A stretch of DNA of 51,608 nucleotides from Candidatus Prevotella stercoripullorum (GCA_019113725.1 DXGY01000179.1:1-51608), one strand, 5' to 3'. Positions 1-9,293 are shown, counted from the stretch's first letter. Numbers and translations: made by a program. The notes: generated from the sequence alone by a model not told the origin.

Positions 1-203
1 GTATAGGAAAGGCCGATAAATTGCACTTCCTGAATTTTGCCCAAGGCAGTTTGGAGGAGTGCAGGTGTTATCTTCATCTTTCGAAAGATTTGGGATACAT
101 TGACGAACAGGCCTATTTGCAGTTATATGCAAGCCTTGAAGAGACAAGCAAGTTGCTTAACGGATATTGCAGGGGCATCATAAACAACGCCTATATAAAA
201 TGA
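1..203 (+). CDS. Four-helix-bundle protein (23S rRNA intervening-sequence protein / bAvd-like family), 5'-truncated by the window edge
   Basis: The frame is open from the window start: IGKADKLHFLNFAQGSLEECRCYLHLSKDLGYI. The AQGSLEE...L..DLGY pattern is typical of the family C-terminal half. Confidence 0.8.
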   Translation, partial: IGKADKLHFLNFAQGSLEECRCYLHLSKDLGYIDEQAYLQLYASLEETSKLLNGYCRGIINNAYIK

Positions 204-256
204 AGTTGTGCCCATAGGCTTTGGGCAACAAGCCTTCATGGAGCAAAGCTATTGTC

Positions 257-306
257 TTAACTCCTTAACTACATAACTCCTTAACTCCTCATATAAAATA
301 ACTCCA
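257..306. repeat. Short-period TAACTCC(T) tandem repeats downstream of the four-helix-bundle gene
   Basis: ttaactccttaactacataactccttaactcctc...taactcc, ending at the ackA ATG. Confidence 0.7.
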
Positions 307-1500
307 ATGAAAATATTAGTCTTAAACTGCGGCAGCTCGTCCATCAAGTACGCACTTTACAACATGGACGACAAGTCTGTCATGACATCGGGCGGCGCCG
401 AGCGCGTCGGCCTCGAGGGGGCGTTCGTCAAGGTGAAGATGCCCGACGGCACCAAGAAACAAATAATGCACGACATCCCCGAGCACACCGAGGGCGTGAA
501 GTTTATCTTCTCCCTGCTCACCGACCCTGAAATCGGAGTAATCAAAAGCCTTGACGAAATCGACGCCGTAGGCCACCGCATGGTGCACGGAGGCGAGAAG
601 TTTAACAAGAGCGTGGTAATAAACGACGAGGTACTCAAGACCTTCAAGGAGTGCATCGACCTCGCACCGCTGCACAACCCGGCCAACCTCAAGGGCGTGG
701 AAGCCGTCAGCGAACTGATGCCCGGCCTGCCGCAGGTAGGTGTTTTCGACACTGCGTTCCACCAGACGATGCCCGCCCACTCTTACCTTTACGCCATACC
801 GTACGACCTGTACAAGCAATACGGCGTGCGCCGCTACGGCTTCCACGGCACGAGTCACCGCTACGTGTCGCAGCGTGTGTGCGACTTCCTCGGCGTAAAG
901 TATGAAGACAAGAAGATAATAACCTGCCACATAGGCAACGGAGGCAGCATAGCAGCCGTTGAGAACGGCCGTTGCGTAGACACGTCGATGGGTCTCACGC
1001 CGCTGGAAGGCCTGATGATGGGCACCCGCAGCGGCGACATCGACGCCGGAGCGGTGACCTTCCTCCAGAAGAAACTCAGCTTGGACGCGGACGGAATGTC
1101 TGACCTGCTCAACAAGAAGAGCGGCATACTGGGCGTGACTGGCATCTCTTCAGACATGCGCGAGATAGAAGACGCCATAGAGCACGGCAACGAACGCGCC
1201 AAGATGGGCCTCGACATGTACAACTACCGCATACGCAAGTACATCGGAGCTTACGCCGCTGCCATGGGCGGATGCGACATCATAGTGTTTACCGCAGGCG
1301 TTGGCGAGAACCAGTACAGCACCCGCGAGGCGGCCTGCGAGGGCCTGGAGTACATGGGAGTGAAGCTCGACGTGGAGAAGAACAAGACCATCCGCGGCGA
1401 GGAAGCCGTCATCTCTACGCCCGACTCGAAGGTTACCGTATGCGTAATCCCGACCGACGAGGAGCTGATGATTGCCACCGACACGATGAACCTGCTGTGA
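307..1500 (+). CDS. ackA: Acetate kinase
   Basis: MKILVLNCGSSSIKY, GHRMVHGG, LAPLHNP, VFDTAFHQT, RRYGFHGTSH, GTRSGDID and IPTDEEL motifs. Confidence 0.98.
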   Translation: MKILVLNCGSSSIKYALYNMDDKSVMTSGGAERVGLEGAFVKVKMPDGTKKQIMHDIPEHTEGVKFIFSLLTDPEIGVIKSLDEIDAVGHRMVHGGEKFNKSVVINDEVLKTFKECIDLAPLHNPANLKGVEAVSELMPGLPQVGVFDTAFHQTMPAHSYLYAIPYDLYKQYGVRRYGFHGTSHRYVSQRVCDFLGVKYEDKKIITCHIGNGGSIAAVENGRCVDTSMGLTPLEGLMMGTRSGDIDAGAVTFLQKKLSLDADGMSDLLNKKSGILGVTGISSDMREIEDAIEHGNERAKMGLDMYNYRIRKYIGAYAAAMGGCDIIVFTAGVGENQYSTREAACEGLEYMGVKLDVEKNKTIRGEEAVISTPDSKVTVCVIPTDEELMIATDTMNLL

Positions 1501-1508
1501 TTTAAAGG

Positions 1509-1614
1509 CGTGAAGGTGAGAAAGTGAGAAGGTGAGAAAGCGCAGACGCGTTCGTTGTATATTATGAAACGCTTGCACTTTCTCACCTTCTCACTTTCTA
1601 ACATTCACACCTTT
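1509..1614. repeat. Inverted pair of 8-bp GTGAGAA(A/G) tandem arrays; probable bidirectional terminator between ackA and lpxH
   Basis: ggtgagaaagtgagaaggtgagaaag ... ctttctcaccttctcactttct, between convergent genes. Confidence 0.8.
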
Positions 1615-1616
1615 TC

Positions 1617-2384
1617 TTACAGACGGCTTTCTCCCTCGACATATTCTTCGAGGAAAAGGTGTTCGCCGTCGAACACAACGTAGGTAAACTGCCATATCCA
1701 GTCGCCTATAATCATCATCCGCGTCTTGCGCGAAAGCATGAGGTCAAGCTCTATGTGGCGGTGTCCGTAGATGAAGTAGTCTATGTCCGGGTGGGTCTTC
1801 ATGTACTGCTTGGTGTAGTTCACGAGGGCTTCCTTGTCCTCGCCCTGGTACGGAGGCTCCTTGCCGTCCTTGCGTTTCAGGCGGCTGTGCCTGGCCCACG
1901 CCATGCCGAACCACACGCCCCAGCGCGGATGCAGGGCGCTGAAGAGACGCTGGCACACGCGGTTGTGGAACAGGCGTCGTATGAAGTTGAACTTCGGGTC
2001 GTGGTCTCCCAAGCCGTCACCGTGGGCAAGATAGAAGATTTTGCCGTATATTTCGGTGGTCACGGGCTTGGTATGCAGCACCACGCCGCACTCCTCGCGC
2101 AGGTAGCTGTACGCCCAAATGTCGTGGTTGCCGGTGAAGAAGTGCACCTCAACGCCCATGTCTGTCAGTTCGGACAACTTGCCGAGGAAGCGCGTATAGC
2201 CCTTCGGCACGACGTAGCGGTACTCATACCAGAAGTCGAACATGTCGCCGAGCAGGTACACCGCGGCGGCTTTCGTCTTTATGTCGTCGAGGAAACGCAC
2301 AAGGCGTCGCTCCTGCGTGCGTGCGTGGTCGATGGCCCACGAGCCGAGGTGGGCGTCGGACAGTATGTAGATGTTCTTGCGCAT
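1617..2384 (-). CDS. lpxH: UDP-2,3-diacylglucosamine diphosphatase (calcineurin-like metallophosphoesterase)
   Basis: SDAHLG, LLGDMFDFW, GNHD, HGDG and GHRH motifs. Confidence 0.88.
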   Translation of the reverse strand: MRKNIYILSDAHLGSWAIDHARTQERRLVRFLDDIKTKAAAVYLLGDMFDFWYEYRYVVPKGYTRFLGKLSELTDMGVEVHFFTGNHDIWAYSYLREECGVVLHTKPVTTEIYGKIFYLAHGDGLGDHDPKFNFIRRLFHNRVCQRLFSALHPRWGVWFGMAWARHSRLKRKDGKEPPYQGEDKEALVNYTKQYMKTHPDIDYFIYGHRHIELDLMLSRKTRMMIIGDWIWQFTYVVFDGEHLFLEEYVEGESRL

Positions 2385-2417
2385 AGGCGATGATTAAGTG
2401 TTTCTGCTTCTTGCGTC

Positions 2418-2738
2418 TCAATCCAACCCCAGCTCGAGCCTTGCCTCCTCGCTGAGCATACTCTGGTCCCAGGCAGGCTCGAAGACGAGGTTCACCGTGG
2501 CGGCCTTCACGCCGTCGAGCGCGTCCACCTTCTGCCTTACGTCCTCGAGAATGAAGTCTGCCGCGGGGCATGTGGGCGCGGTGAAGGTCATGTCGATGTC
2601 AACGGTGGCGTCGTCCTTCACGTCTATCTTGTAAATCAGCCCGAGGTCGTATATGTTTACGGGTATTTCGGGGTCGTAGACAGTCTTCAGCACGTCAACT
2701 ATCCGCTCTTCGATGGCGGTCTTTTCTTCCTGTGTCAT
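2418..2738 (-). CDS. DUF59 / SufT-like Fe-S cluster assembly protein
   Basis: VYDPEIPVNIYDLGLIY, TAPTCP and EPAW motifs. Start moved to MTQEEK (2738), downstream of a TATCTTTG -7 element at 2763-2770 on the - strand. Confidence 0.9.
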   Translation of the reverse strand: MTQEEKTAIEERIVDVLKTVYDPEIPVNIYDLGLIYKIDVKDDATVDIDMTFTAPTCPAADFILEDVRQKVDALDGVKAATVNLVFEPAWDQSMLSEEARLELGLD

Positions 2739-2870
2739 TGTCTTTCTGGTGTTTGTCATTAGCAAAGATAATGAATTTCGGGGGCGCGGCAAAATATATT
2801 CCGCATTTTTTACGGTGGCGTGTGAAACGCCCTGCGGCAAGGGGTTGAAGGGCGGTTGCAGGTCTATTTG

Positions 2871-3000
2871 CAACTCGTTGATTATCAACGGTTTTCCGAA
2901 AGGCCGTCTTTCGCGCTGCAAAAGGTGGCCTTTCGGCCTGCGAAAGACGGTCTTTTAGAACGCGAAAGGTGGCCTTTGGCAATGCCAAAGGCCACCTTTC
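2871..3000. repeat. Family A composite repeat (25-bp palindromic head plus 22-bp units)
   Basis: Head CAACTCGTTGATTATCAACGGTTTT followed by AAAG-N-CTTT units. Confidence 0.85.
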
Positions 3001-3030
3001 ATAAAACAACTTGCGCAAGGCCGCGCCGCG

Positions 3031-3684
3031 TCAGAGCTGCCCTGCCTCGACCATGAGCACCACGCGCTCGGTAAGGCGGTCGGTCTTCTCGGGGTCGTAC
3101 TTCTTCATCAGGCTCGCGCCGAACGCCCAGGCGAAGGCCTGGTAGAAGCCGGCGCGCACAGGACTGATGAACGCCCGTATCAAGTCATACGCCGAAGAGT
3201 TGCACTCGCGGTAGACAAGCTTGATGAGGAGCTTGCCCTGCGAGTACGACAGTTTCTTCATCCTCGGCGTGTATCGGCGCTTAATGTCGGCCTCTACGCG
3301 CTTCATGTGCTCGTCGCGCGCCTTCTTGTTGGGCAGCGTCTGTAGGTATTCGTAAGTCTCGATGATGATTTTGTTCACCTCCTTTGCTATCGGCAACACC
3401 TTCTTCACGTTGTACACCAGCCGGTTATAGGCCGCGCGCCGCTTGGCGTTCTTGAACGTTGGCTGCGGATATACGTACACGTTGTTCAGCTCGACGTACT
3501 GTATGCTGTCGCCGTCAACGAGCACTTTGCCCACCTTTATGTTGGGTACGAAGGTCGGACTGTCCATGTCTACCTCCCTGTCTTCGGGCTTCACGCCGTC
3601 AGCCTCGCCGCCTTTCTGCGCGCAGGCGGCGGCCGGCAACAGCACTGCAAGCACGGATATGATGAATGATTTTAGCCATGTCAT
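3031..3684 (-). CDS. DUF4294 family protein with signal peptide
   Basis: YNRLVYNVKKVLPIAK, KLSYSQGKLLIKL.YRE and FGASLMKKYDP are typical of this Bacteroidetes family. Start chosen at MTWLKS. Confidence 0.8.
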   Translation of the reverse strand: MTWLKSFIISVLAVLLPAAACAQKGGEADGVKPEDREVDMDSPTFVPNIKVGKVLVDGDSIQYVELNNVYVYPQPTFKNAKRRAAYNRLVYNVKKVLPIAKEVNKIIIETYEYLQTLPNKKARDEHMKRVEADIKRRYTPRMKKLSYSQGKLLIKLVYRECNSSAYDLIRAFISPVRAGFYQAFAWAFGASLMKKYDPEKTDRLTERVVLMVEAGQL

Positions 3685-3769
3685 GGTTGCAAAGGTAAGC
3701 ACAAATATCGAAGTTGCTAGCTTCCAATGAGTTAAAGAAATTATAAATATGAAGATTTTAAAGAATTGA

Positions 3770-3867
3770 TGGAAGTTAAAGAAGTTATAGCCATTACCTG
3801 TTTCAGGTGCGACCGACAAAGCATTCGGCCATAACTTCTTTAACTTCTATAACTTCTTTAACTTCCA
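3770..3867. repeat. Inverted pair of 9-bp TAACTTCT(T/A) tandem arrays
   Basis: ggaagttaaagaagttatag ... ataacttctttaacttctataacttctttaacttcc, directly after the PAP2 gene stop. Confidence 0.75.
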
Positions 3868-3871
3868 AAAA

Positions 3872-4837
3872 CTACCGGCAGACCTTCCTCCCGACCCACA
3901 TCAGCGCGAAATACAGGGCCACGCCCGTAACCCATCCTGCCAAAACGTCGATGGCGTAGTGGGCCTGTATGTACACGGTAGACAGGCACAGCAGCACGTA
4001 CAGCGGCAGAAGGATGTAGAAGAAGCGGCGGTTGCCCGTGCGCCAGGCCAGCAGCATCAGCACCGTGCTTATGCCTACGTGGCTCGAAGGGAACGCCGCC
4101 GTAGGACGTTCGCCGGCCGCCTTGGCGCTCTCAACCATCTGGTAGAACACGCCGTCGCTGTATCCCGGCGTGGCGAGACAGTCCTGTATGTAGTTGAAAT
4201 GGTCCTTCACGTCGGGGAATATGCCCTGCTCTATGTTGCCAATACCCACCGCCTCGTAATAGAACGTAGGCCCCGTGACCGGCAGGACAATATAAATAAG
4301 GTAATATATGAAGAACGACGCAAGCACGACGAACGCCGCACGCTCGTACTCCTTGTACCTGCAAAAGAAGTAATAAAACACAACAACGGCTATCATAGGA
4401 TAGTAAGCGGCGTAGCCCATGCTCATAAGCTCGCTCACGACGGGCCACGGCATAGCCTTGCAGAACAGCAATGCAGGCTGGCAACCGAACAAATCCTGCT
4501 CCCACTGGGCGAACACATGGTCGAGGTTGGGCAGCATACGGTTGATTTCGTAAGTGTCGGGATACCACCATCCGAGCAGCGCCAGCTGCACCGTTATGCG
4601 CAGAAAGAGCGTCAGGCGGCACGGCATCATGCGGTAGACGGCCCACATTCCGGCCGTCATCGCCGCTATGCGGACGCGCCCCCAAATCATTTCGTTGGGG
4701 TTCTCGGCCTTAGTATATGTGAAGAAAACTATCAGCAGGGTGAGCGCCAGATAGCCGAGCATGACCCATTCCATAGCCAACAGGCCCTTTCTCGGGTTCT
4801 TATCCAAGGCGAAAAGCTGCTTGATGAACTTGAACAT
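3872..4837 (-). CDS. PAP2 superfamily membrane protein (AUR1 / inositol-phosphorylceramide-synthase-like)
   Basis: Multiple TM segments; P..GP, AAFPSSHV and HYAIDV motifs. Start chosen at MFKFIK. Confidence 0.8.
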   Translation of the reverse strand: MFKFIKQLFALDKNPRKGLLAMEWVMLGYLALTLLIVFFTYTKAENPNEMIWGRVRIAAMTAGMWAVYRMMPCRLTLFLRITVQLALLGWWYPDTYEINRMLPNLDHVFAQWEQDLFGCQPALLFCKAMPWPVVSELMSMGYAAYYPMIAVVVFYYFFCRYKEYERAAFVVLASFFIYYLIYIVLPVTGPTFYYEAVGIGNIEQGIFPDVKDHFNYIQDCLATPGYSDGVFYQMVESAKAAGERPTAAFPSSHVGISTVLMLLAWRTGNRRFFYILLPLYVLLCLSTVYIQAHYAIDVLAGWVTGVALYFALMWVGRKVCR

Positions 4838-4863
4838 TGTCGTCTGATTATTGTTTGAATAGC

Positions 4864-5859
4864 TTAAAGCCATTTGTTTTCCTTGTACCACTCGACAGCC
4901 TCATGCACCCCTTCGGCCAGTCCGTAGCGCGGACTGAAACCAAGCTCGGCCACGGCCGGGCGGATGTCGCACCGCCAGTTGCGCTGCCGCATGATTTTAT
5001 ACTTGTCGTTGTTGAGCGCGGTCAACCGCCCGGTAAGCCGCCCTACGCCCTCTCCTGCGGCGGTGATTACGCGCAGGAGCCACAGCGGAGCCTTGATGCG
5101 GAGCAGCCAGGGGTTGCCCAGTTCGCGGCGTATGAGGTCGCTGAAGGCGCGCGACGAGTACACACGGCCGTCGCTAAGAAGGTATCGCGAGCCGATGTTG
5201 CCACGCTCAAGGGCGAGGAACACGGCCCTGACAAGGTCTTTTACGTATATGAAAGTGAGGTCTTGCGGACGCAGGCCTGCGGCGAAATCAACATGCTTCT
5301 TTATGCTCTCGGCCATCATGAAGTAGTCTTTCTCGCGCGGGCCGTACACTCCCGTCGGCCTCAACACTATGAAGGGGAAGCCCTGCATACCGTCGAGCGC
5401 GCGCTCGGCCTCGAGCTTGCTGCGCCCGTAAGCCGTGTCGGGGCGCGGCGTGTCGGCTGCGGTCATGTCGGTGTACGGTGCCGCTTCGCGTACAGGACCA
5501 AGCACACTGAGGCTGCTTATGAACACAAAGCGCTTCAATTCCGGGCAAGTGTCGGCCACGGCGGCGGCCAGGTTCTTTGTGCCTTGGGTGTTTATGCGGA
5601 AGAAGTCGGCTGCGTCGAGGCACTTGGTTGCGCCCGCCGCGTGGACTACATAGTCGAAACCGATGCCCGCGAGCCTGCCGCGCAGGCCGTCGGGGTCGTC
5701 TAAGTCAAGCTCGATGAAGCGTATGCGGCCGTCCTGCAAGTAGCGTTTAGAACTGCCCTTGCGCACCGCCGCCCACGTCTCGAAGCCGCGCTTTAACGCC
5801 TCCTCGACAACAAAGCTGCCGATGAAGCCGCTCGCTCCCGTAACCAGGATTTTCTTCAT
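4864..5859 (-). CDS. NAD(P)-dependent epimerase/dehydratase (extended SDR)
   Basis: TGASGFIG Rossmann motif, HAAG, YGRSK catalytic YxxxK, and RPTGVYGP. Confidence 0.9.
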   Translation of the reverse strand: MKKILVTGASGFIGSFVVEEALKRGFETWAAVRKGSSKRYLQDGRIRFIELDLDDPDGLRGRLAGIGFDYVVHAAGATKCLDAADFFRINTQGTKNLAAAVADTCPELKRFVFISSLSVLGPVREAAPYTDMTAADTPRPDTAYGRSKLEAERALDGMQGFPFIVLRPTGVYGPREKDYFMMAESIKKHVDFAAGLRPQDLTFIYVKDLVRAVFLALERGNIGSRYLLSDGRVYSSRAFSDLIRRELGNPWLLRIKAPLWLLRVITAAGEGVGRLTGRLTALNNDKYKIMRQRNWRCDIRPAVAELGFSPRYGLAEGVHEAVEWYKENKWL

Positions 5860-6016
5860 AACGTTCTGAACATCAGTAAAACGGGCGCAAAGTTAAGTAA
5901 AATATTCGACATTTGCCGACATTGTAAAGATTAATGGTTTTTTGTTTCAATTTTATTACAACGCCTGCCAAACGGCAGCCTGCAACCTACCATGCACAGA
6001 CACAAAACAAGCCGCC

Positions 6017-6103
6017 TTGCAAAAGGCCGCCTTTCGCAGTGCAAAAGGTGGCCTTTTAGCGTGTAAAAGACGGCCTTTTGCAAGGCGAAAGACGGCCTTT
6101 TGG
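6017..6103. repeat. Family A 22-bp tandem array (4 units, head not recognisable)
   Basis: Units start at 6019, 6041, 6063 and 6085, an exact 22-bp period. Confidence 0.85.
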
Positions 6104-6109
6104 GAAACG

Positions 6110-7087
6110 TTATAAAGCAAGGCTGACAGTAAAGCCATACGAGCCGCCATCCAACGGCACAGCCCACGGCGTACAGCTTACGTCCACGCGGCTCTTCCTC
6201 TTCAACGCTTCGCGGCACGGATTGCCCGCAAACAGGCCTATAACCTCGTTAACCGGGTCGATTAGGAACGCCACTATGTTGCCCCATGTGCGCGACCCCC
6301 AGAGGCGGTAGCCGTCGCTTACAATCTTGCGTTTGAGCTTATAGAACACCTCTCCCAGTATGACACCCGACAGAGGGGTGAGGATTAAGTCCTGTATGGA
6401 CGGCTTTTCCATGAACGCTTCTATGCCGTACTCCCAAAAAATAGTGGAAATGGCAGTGCAGTAAAGGAACGAGCCGAGCCTGTTGAAGCCTATGCTGCGC
6501 GCTCCCATGTAGTAAACGGCACCGGCGTAGGGATGGAGTATGTAGTTGAATATGAAGCTGTCGCCGTCCCACACGGGGCCGCGGCTTACGTGGTAGCTCC
6601 ATCTTTTCCAGAAGGGAATTGACGTTATGCGCTCCTTGTTCCACGCCGTAGCGTTCTCGGGCAGCATCTGCAGCACGCCGAGCGTAACCACTCCGCCCGC
6701 GAAGAGCACGCCCGTGTGCAGCCACATGCGCCCCCAGTCGGGCCGGCTTAGCGTCTGCGAGTAAGGCAGGTCGTATATGTTCACCTTGGCTTTGGCCGCA
6801 GCTTCACGCTCGGCGGCGGCCAGATTGGCGCGCACCTTGCCGTCTTCCGCCAGCGTGCGGCCGCCGTCAGGCGACACGCCAACGCCCCGGGCGGCAACTG
6901 TCTCAGCCAGACTGAACCGCGCCAGCGCGCTGTCCGCATTGGCAATGGCGGCATACAGGCATCCGTCTGACGGCCCGCTGGCAGCCACGGAGTCGGCCTT
7001 TATCTGTGCTTCGACGGTGGCAGGCACGCCGAGCAGCGTAATGAAGATGTTAAATATTGCAGATATTCGTTTGCTTATAAGCGGCAT
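6110..7087 (-). CDS. DUF3943 family protein (putative exported/membrane protein)
   Basis: WDGDSFIFNYILHPYAGAVYY, WEYGIEAFMEKPSIQDL and DPVN. Start chosen at MPLISK, downstream of a -7 element at 7109-7116. Confidence 0.75.
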   Translation of the reverse strand: MPLISKRISAIFNIFITLLGVPATVEAQIKADSVAASGPSDGCLYAAIANADSALARFSLAETVAARGVGVSPDGGRTLAEDGKVRANLAAAEREAAAKAKVNIYDLPYSQTLSRPDWGRMWLHTGVLFAGGVVTLGVLQMLPENATAWNKERITSIPFWKRWSYHVSRGPVWDGDSFIFNYILHPYAGAVYYMGARSIGFNRLGSFLYCTAISTIFWEYGIEAFMEKPSIQDLILTPLSGVILGEVFYKLKRKIVSDGYRLWGSRTWGNIVAFLIDPVNEVIGLFAGNPCREALKRKSRVDVSCTPWAVPLDGGSYGFTVSLAL

Positions 7088-7240
7088 TGTGATATGGTTT
7101 TGTCGCCGCAAAATTAACTAAATAGCCTTTAACGCCCGACAAAACGGCATGTAATAAAGATTTAGAAAACCTAAAATATGTGCAAAGTTTTCCCGTTTTG
7201 ACCTATTGTTTGCCTGTTTTTACACAAAAGAAGCAAACTG

Positions 7241-7345
7241 AAAAGTAAGAGGGTGAGAAAGTGAGAAGGTGAGAAAGAAACGCCGTTACACATAATCACA
7301 CGGCCATGTCTTTCTCACCTTCTCACTTTCTCACCCTCTCACCTT
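7241..7345. repeat. Inverted GTGAGA 8-bp array pair; probable terminator of the CoA-transferase gene
   Basis: gagggtgagaaagtgagaaggtgagaaag ... ctttctcaccttctcactttctcaccctctcacc, abutting the stop codon. Confidence 0.8.
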
Positions 7346-8850
7346 TACTTCACGTACTCCGCGAAGTCGGTCATGCGCATGTCGCCCTTGCGCGCCAGCG
7401 TGTCGTGCATGGCGAAGGCGGCGGTCAGGCAGTGGCGCGTGTGGCCGCCGGTGGCAATGTTCAGGTAGTCGCGCAGCAGCGGACGGTAGTCCGGGTGGGC
7501 GCAGTTCTCTATGATAAGACGAGCCCGTTCGGCCGGCGACTTGCCTCGGAGGTCGGCCACGCCCTGCTCGGTCACGATTACGTTGACATCGTGCTCGGAG
7601 CTGTCCTGATGGCTTACGAAGGGCACGATAGAGCTGATAAGTCCGCCCTTGGCCGTCGACGGGCAGGTGAAGATGCTTATGTAGGCGTTGCGCTCGAAGT
7701 CGCCCGAGCCGCCGATGCCGTTCATCATCTTGGTGCCCGATATGTGTGTGGAGTTGGCGTTGCCGTAGATGTCAACCTCGATGGCGGTGTTTATGGCGAT
7801 TACTCCCAAGCGGCGGATTACCTCGGGAGAGTTGGAAATCTCGCTGGGGCGCAGCGTCAGGTGCTCTTTAAAGTAGCCGATGTTGTCGTAGATTTGCTTG
7901 AGGCAGTCGTTGGAGACGGTCAGCGAACACGAGGAGGCGTCCTTCACGCGGCCCTCGAGCATCATGCCGACCACGCTGTCTTGCAGGACTTCGGTGTAGA
8001 CGTTGAAGTCTGGCACGCTCTTCTCGTGCCCCAAGGCGCCGAGAATGGCGTTGGCCGTACTACCCACGCCGCTTTGCAGTGGCAGGAACGACGACGGGAT
8101 GACGCCGCGCTTCATGTCGGCGAGCAGGAACTGTGCCACATTGTGCCCTATCTGGTCGGTCACAGGGTCGGACGCCTTGAAGGCGCGCGCCTCGTCGGCG
8201 ATGTCGCATTCTACCACGCCTACTATTTTCTTGGCGTCTATTTCGACGTAAGGCTTGCCTATGCGGTCGCTCACACGGGTGATGGGTATGGGCTGGCGCA
8301 GGGGCGGGTCAAGCGGTTCGTAGACGTCGTGCAGCAGCTTGGCGTCCTTGCTGTGGAATGAGTTGAGCTCCAGGATCACGTGCTTTGCCAAGCGCGCCAC
8401 GGTCGGACTGATGCCGCCTGCGGCCGTAAGGTAGGCGCGGCAGGTGTCGGCTCCCTCGTCGATGTCGCACACTTCGAGTATGGCCCAGTCCACCTGACCC
8501 ATGAAGCCGTAGCGAAGCTCCTGCGCCATCTGGCTCAGGTGAATGTCGTTGTAGGCTATCTCGCCCGCGTTGACGTGGCGGCGGAAGTCGGGGTTGGTGG
8601 TGTAAGGCGCGCGGTATTTTATCGCCTGCGCGTTCGAGAGGTCGCCGTCGGCGCTCTGGCCTGTGGACGCTCCGGTGAACAAGCCTATCTTGAACTCGCG
8701 CCCGGCGGCGTGCTCTGCCTCGGCGCGCTTGGCCAGTTCGTGAGTGACAGCCTTCGCCGTACCGGCCGGAGTGAAGCCGCTAAGTCCTATGTTCTGGCCG
8801 TTCTGTATCAATGCGGCAGCCTCGGCCGCCGTCATGCGTTTGTATGCCAT
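7345..8850 (-). CDS. Acetyl-CoA hydrolase / succinate:acetate CoA-transferase family protein
   Basis: SGFTPAG, FTGAST, PLQSGVG, YTEVLQD, MMNGIGGSGDF, VTEQGVADLRG and CAHPDYR motifs. Confidence 0.93.
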   Translation of the reverse strand: MAYKRMTAAEAAALIQNGQNIGLSGFTPAGTAKAVTHELAKRAEAEHAAGREFKIGLFTGASTGQSADGDLSNAQAIKYRAPYTTNPDFRRHVNAGEIAYNDIHLSQMAQELRYGFMGQVDWAILEVCDIDEGADTCRAYLTAAGGISPTVARLAKHVILELNSFHSKDAKLLHDVYEPLDPPLRQPIPITRVSDRIGKPYVEIDAKKIVGVVECDIADEARAFKASDPVTDQIGHNVAQFLLADMKRGVIPSSFLPLQSGVGSTANAILGALGHEKSVPDFNVYTEVLQDSVVGMMLEGRVKDASSCSLTVSNDCLKQIYDNIGYFKEHLTLRPSEISNSPEVIRRLGVIAINTAIEVDIYGNANSTHISGTKMMNGIGGSGDFERNAYISIFTCPSTAKGGLISSIVPFVSHQDSSEHDVNVIVTEQGVADLRGKSPAERARLIIENCAHPDYRPLLRDYLNIATGGHTRHCLTAAFAMHDTLARKGDMRMTDFAEYVK

Positions 8851-8949
8851 AATGGGTTTTATTTAGGTTTAAGTTTTCAGAAACTACATAAATCGGATGC
8901 AAATATAGCAATTTTTCGGCAATCACGGCACCGTTTTTCGCGAAAACCG

Positions 8950-9063
8950 TAACTCATTGACTGCCAGCACGTTGCAAACGGCTCTGCAAAAGGCCGTCTT
9001 TTAACCTGCAAAAGGTGGCCTTTTAGCGTGCAAAAGACGGCCTTTTGCAAGGCGAAAGACGGC
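8950..9063. repeat. Family A composite repeat
   Basis: Head TAACTCATTGACTGCCAGCACGTTG; units at 8986, 9008, 9030 and 9052. Confidence 0.85.
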
Positions 9064-9171
9064 AAACGGGAAACCCCTTTTTTGCAAAATAATCATAACA
9101 AACAGCTGGTATGTGCGATTATTTTCGTATCTTCGCAAAGGATGAGGGTGTGTAGAAATTGCAAGCCATCG

Positions 9172-9293
9172 CCCTTGTAGGGACATAATTCATTATGTCC
9201 ACACGTTTCGGTAGAAACGTATTTAACTGGCATTCAAGGTATTAAACGCTCTTTTAGAGCGTACGGACATAATGAATTATGTCCCTACAAGGG
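9172..9293. repeat. GTAG-type REP doublet (REPIN-like) with perfect 29-bp inverted repeats
   Basis: cccttGTAGggacataattcattatgtcc (9172-9200) and ggacataatgaattatgtccCTACaaggg (9265-9293). Each arm is itself GTAG plus an imperfect palindrome. Confidence 0.8.

Noticed and set aside
1-203. Diversity-generating retroelement suggested by the Avd-like protein
   Set aside because: No reverse transcriptase or TR/VR pair with adenine-specific mismatches is seen in the window. The upstream sequence is not available.
6017-6103. Family A 22-bp arrays as mini CRISPR arrays
   Set aside because: The variable parts are only about 5 bp, the units are degenerate, arrays are short and scattered, and there are no cas genes in the window.
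5931-6218. Recurring small ORFs with PSFALQKAVF..LKGHLL..RRPF peptides (also 8877-9065, 2695-3018, 11256-11648, 46438-46650)
   Set aside because: These are translations of Family A DNA repeats. The 22-bp period shifts frame every unit, and starts and strands are inconsistent.
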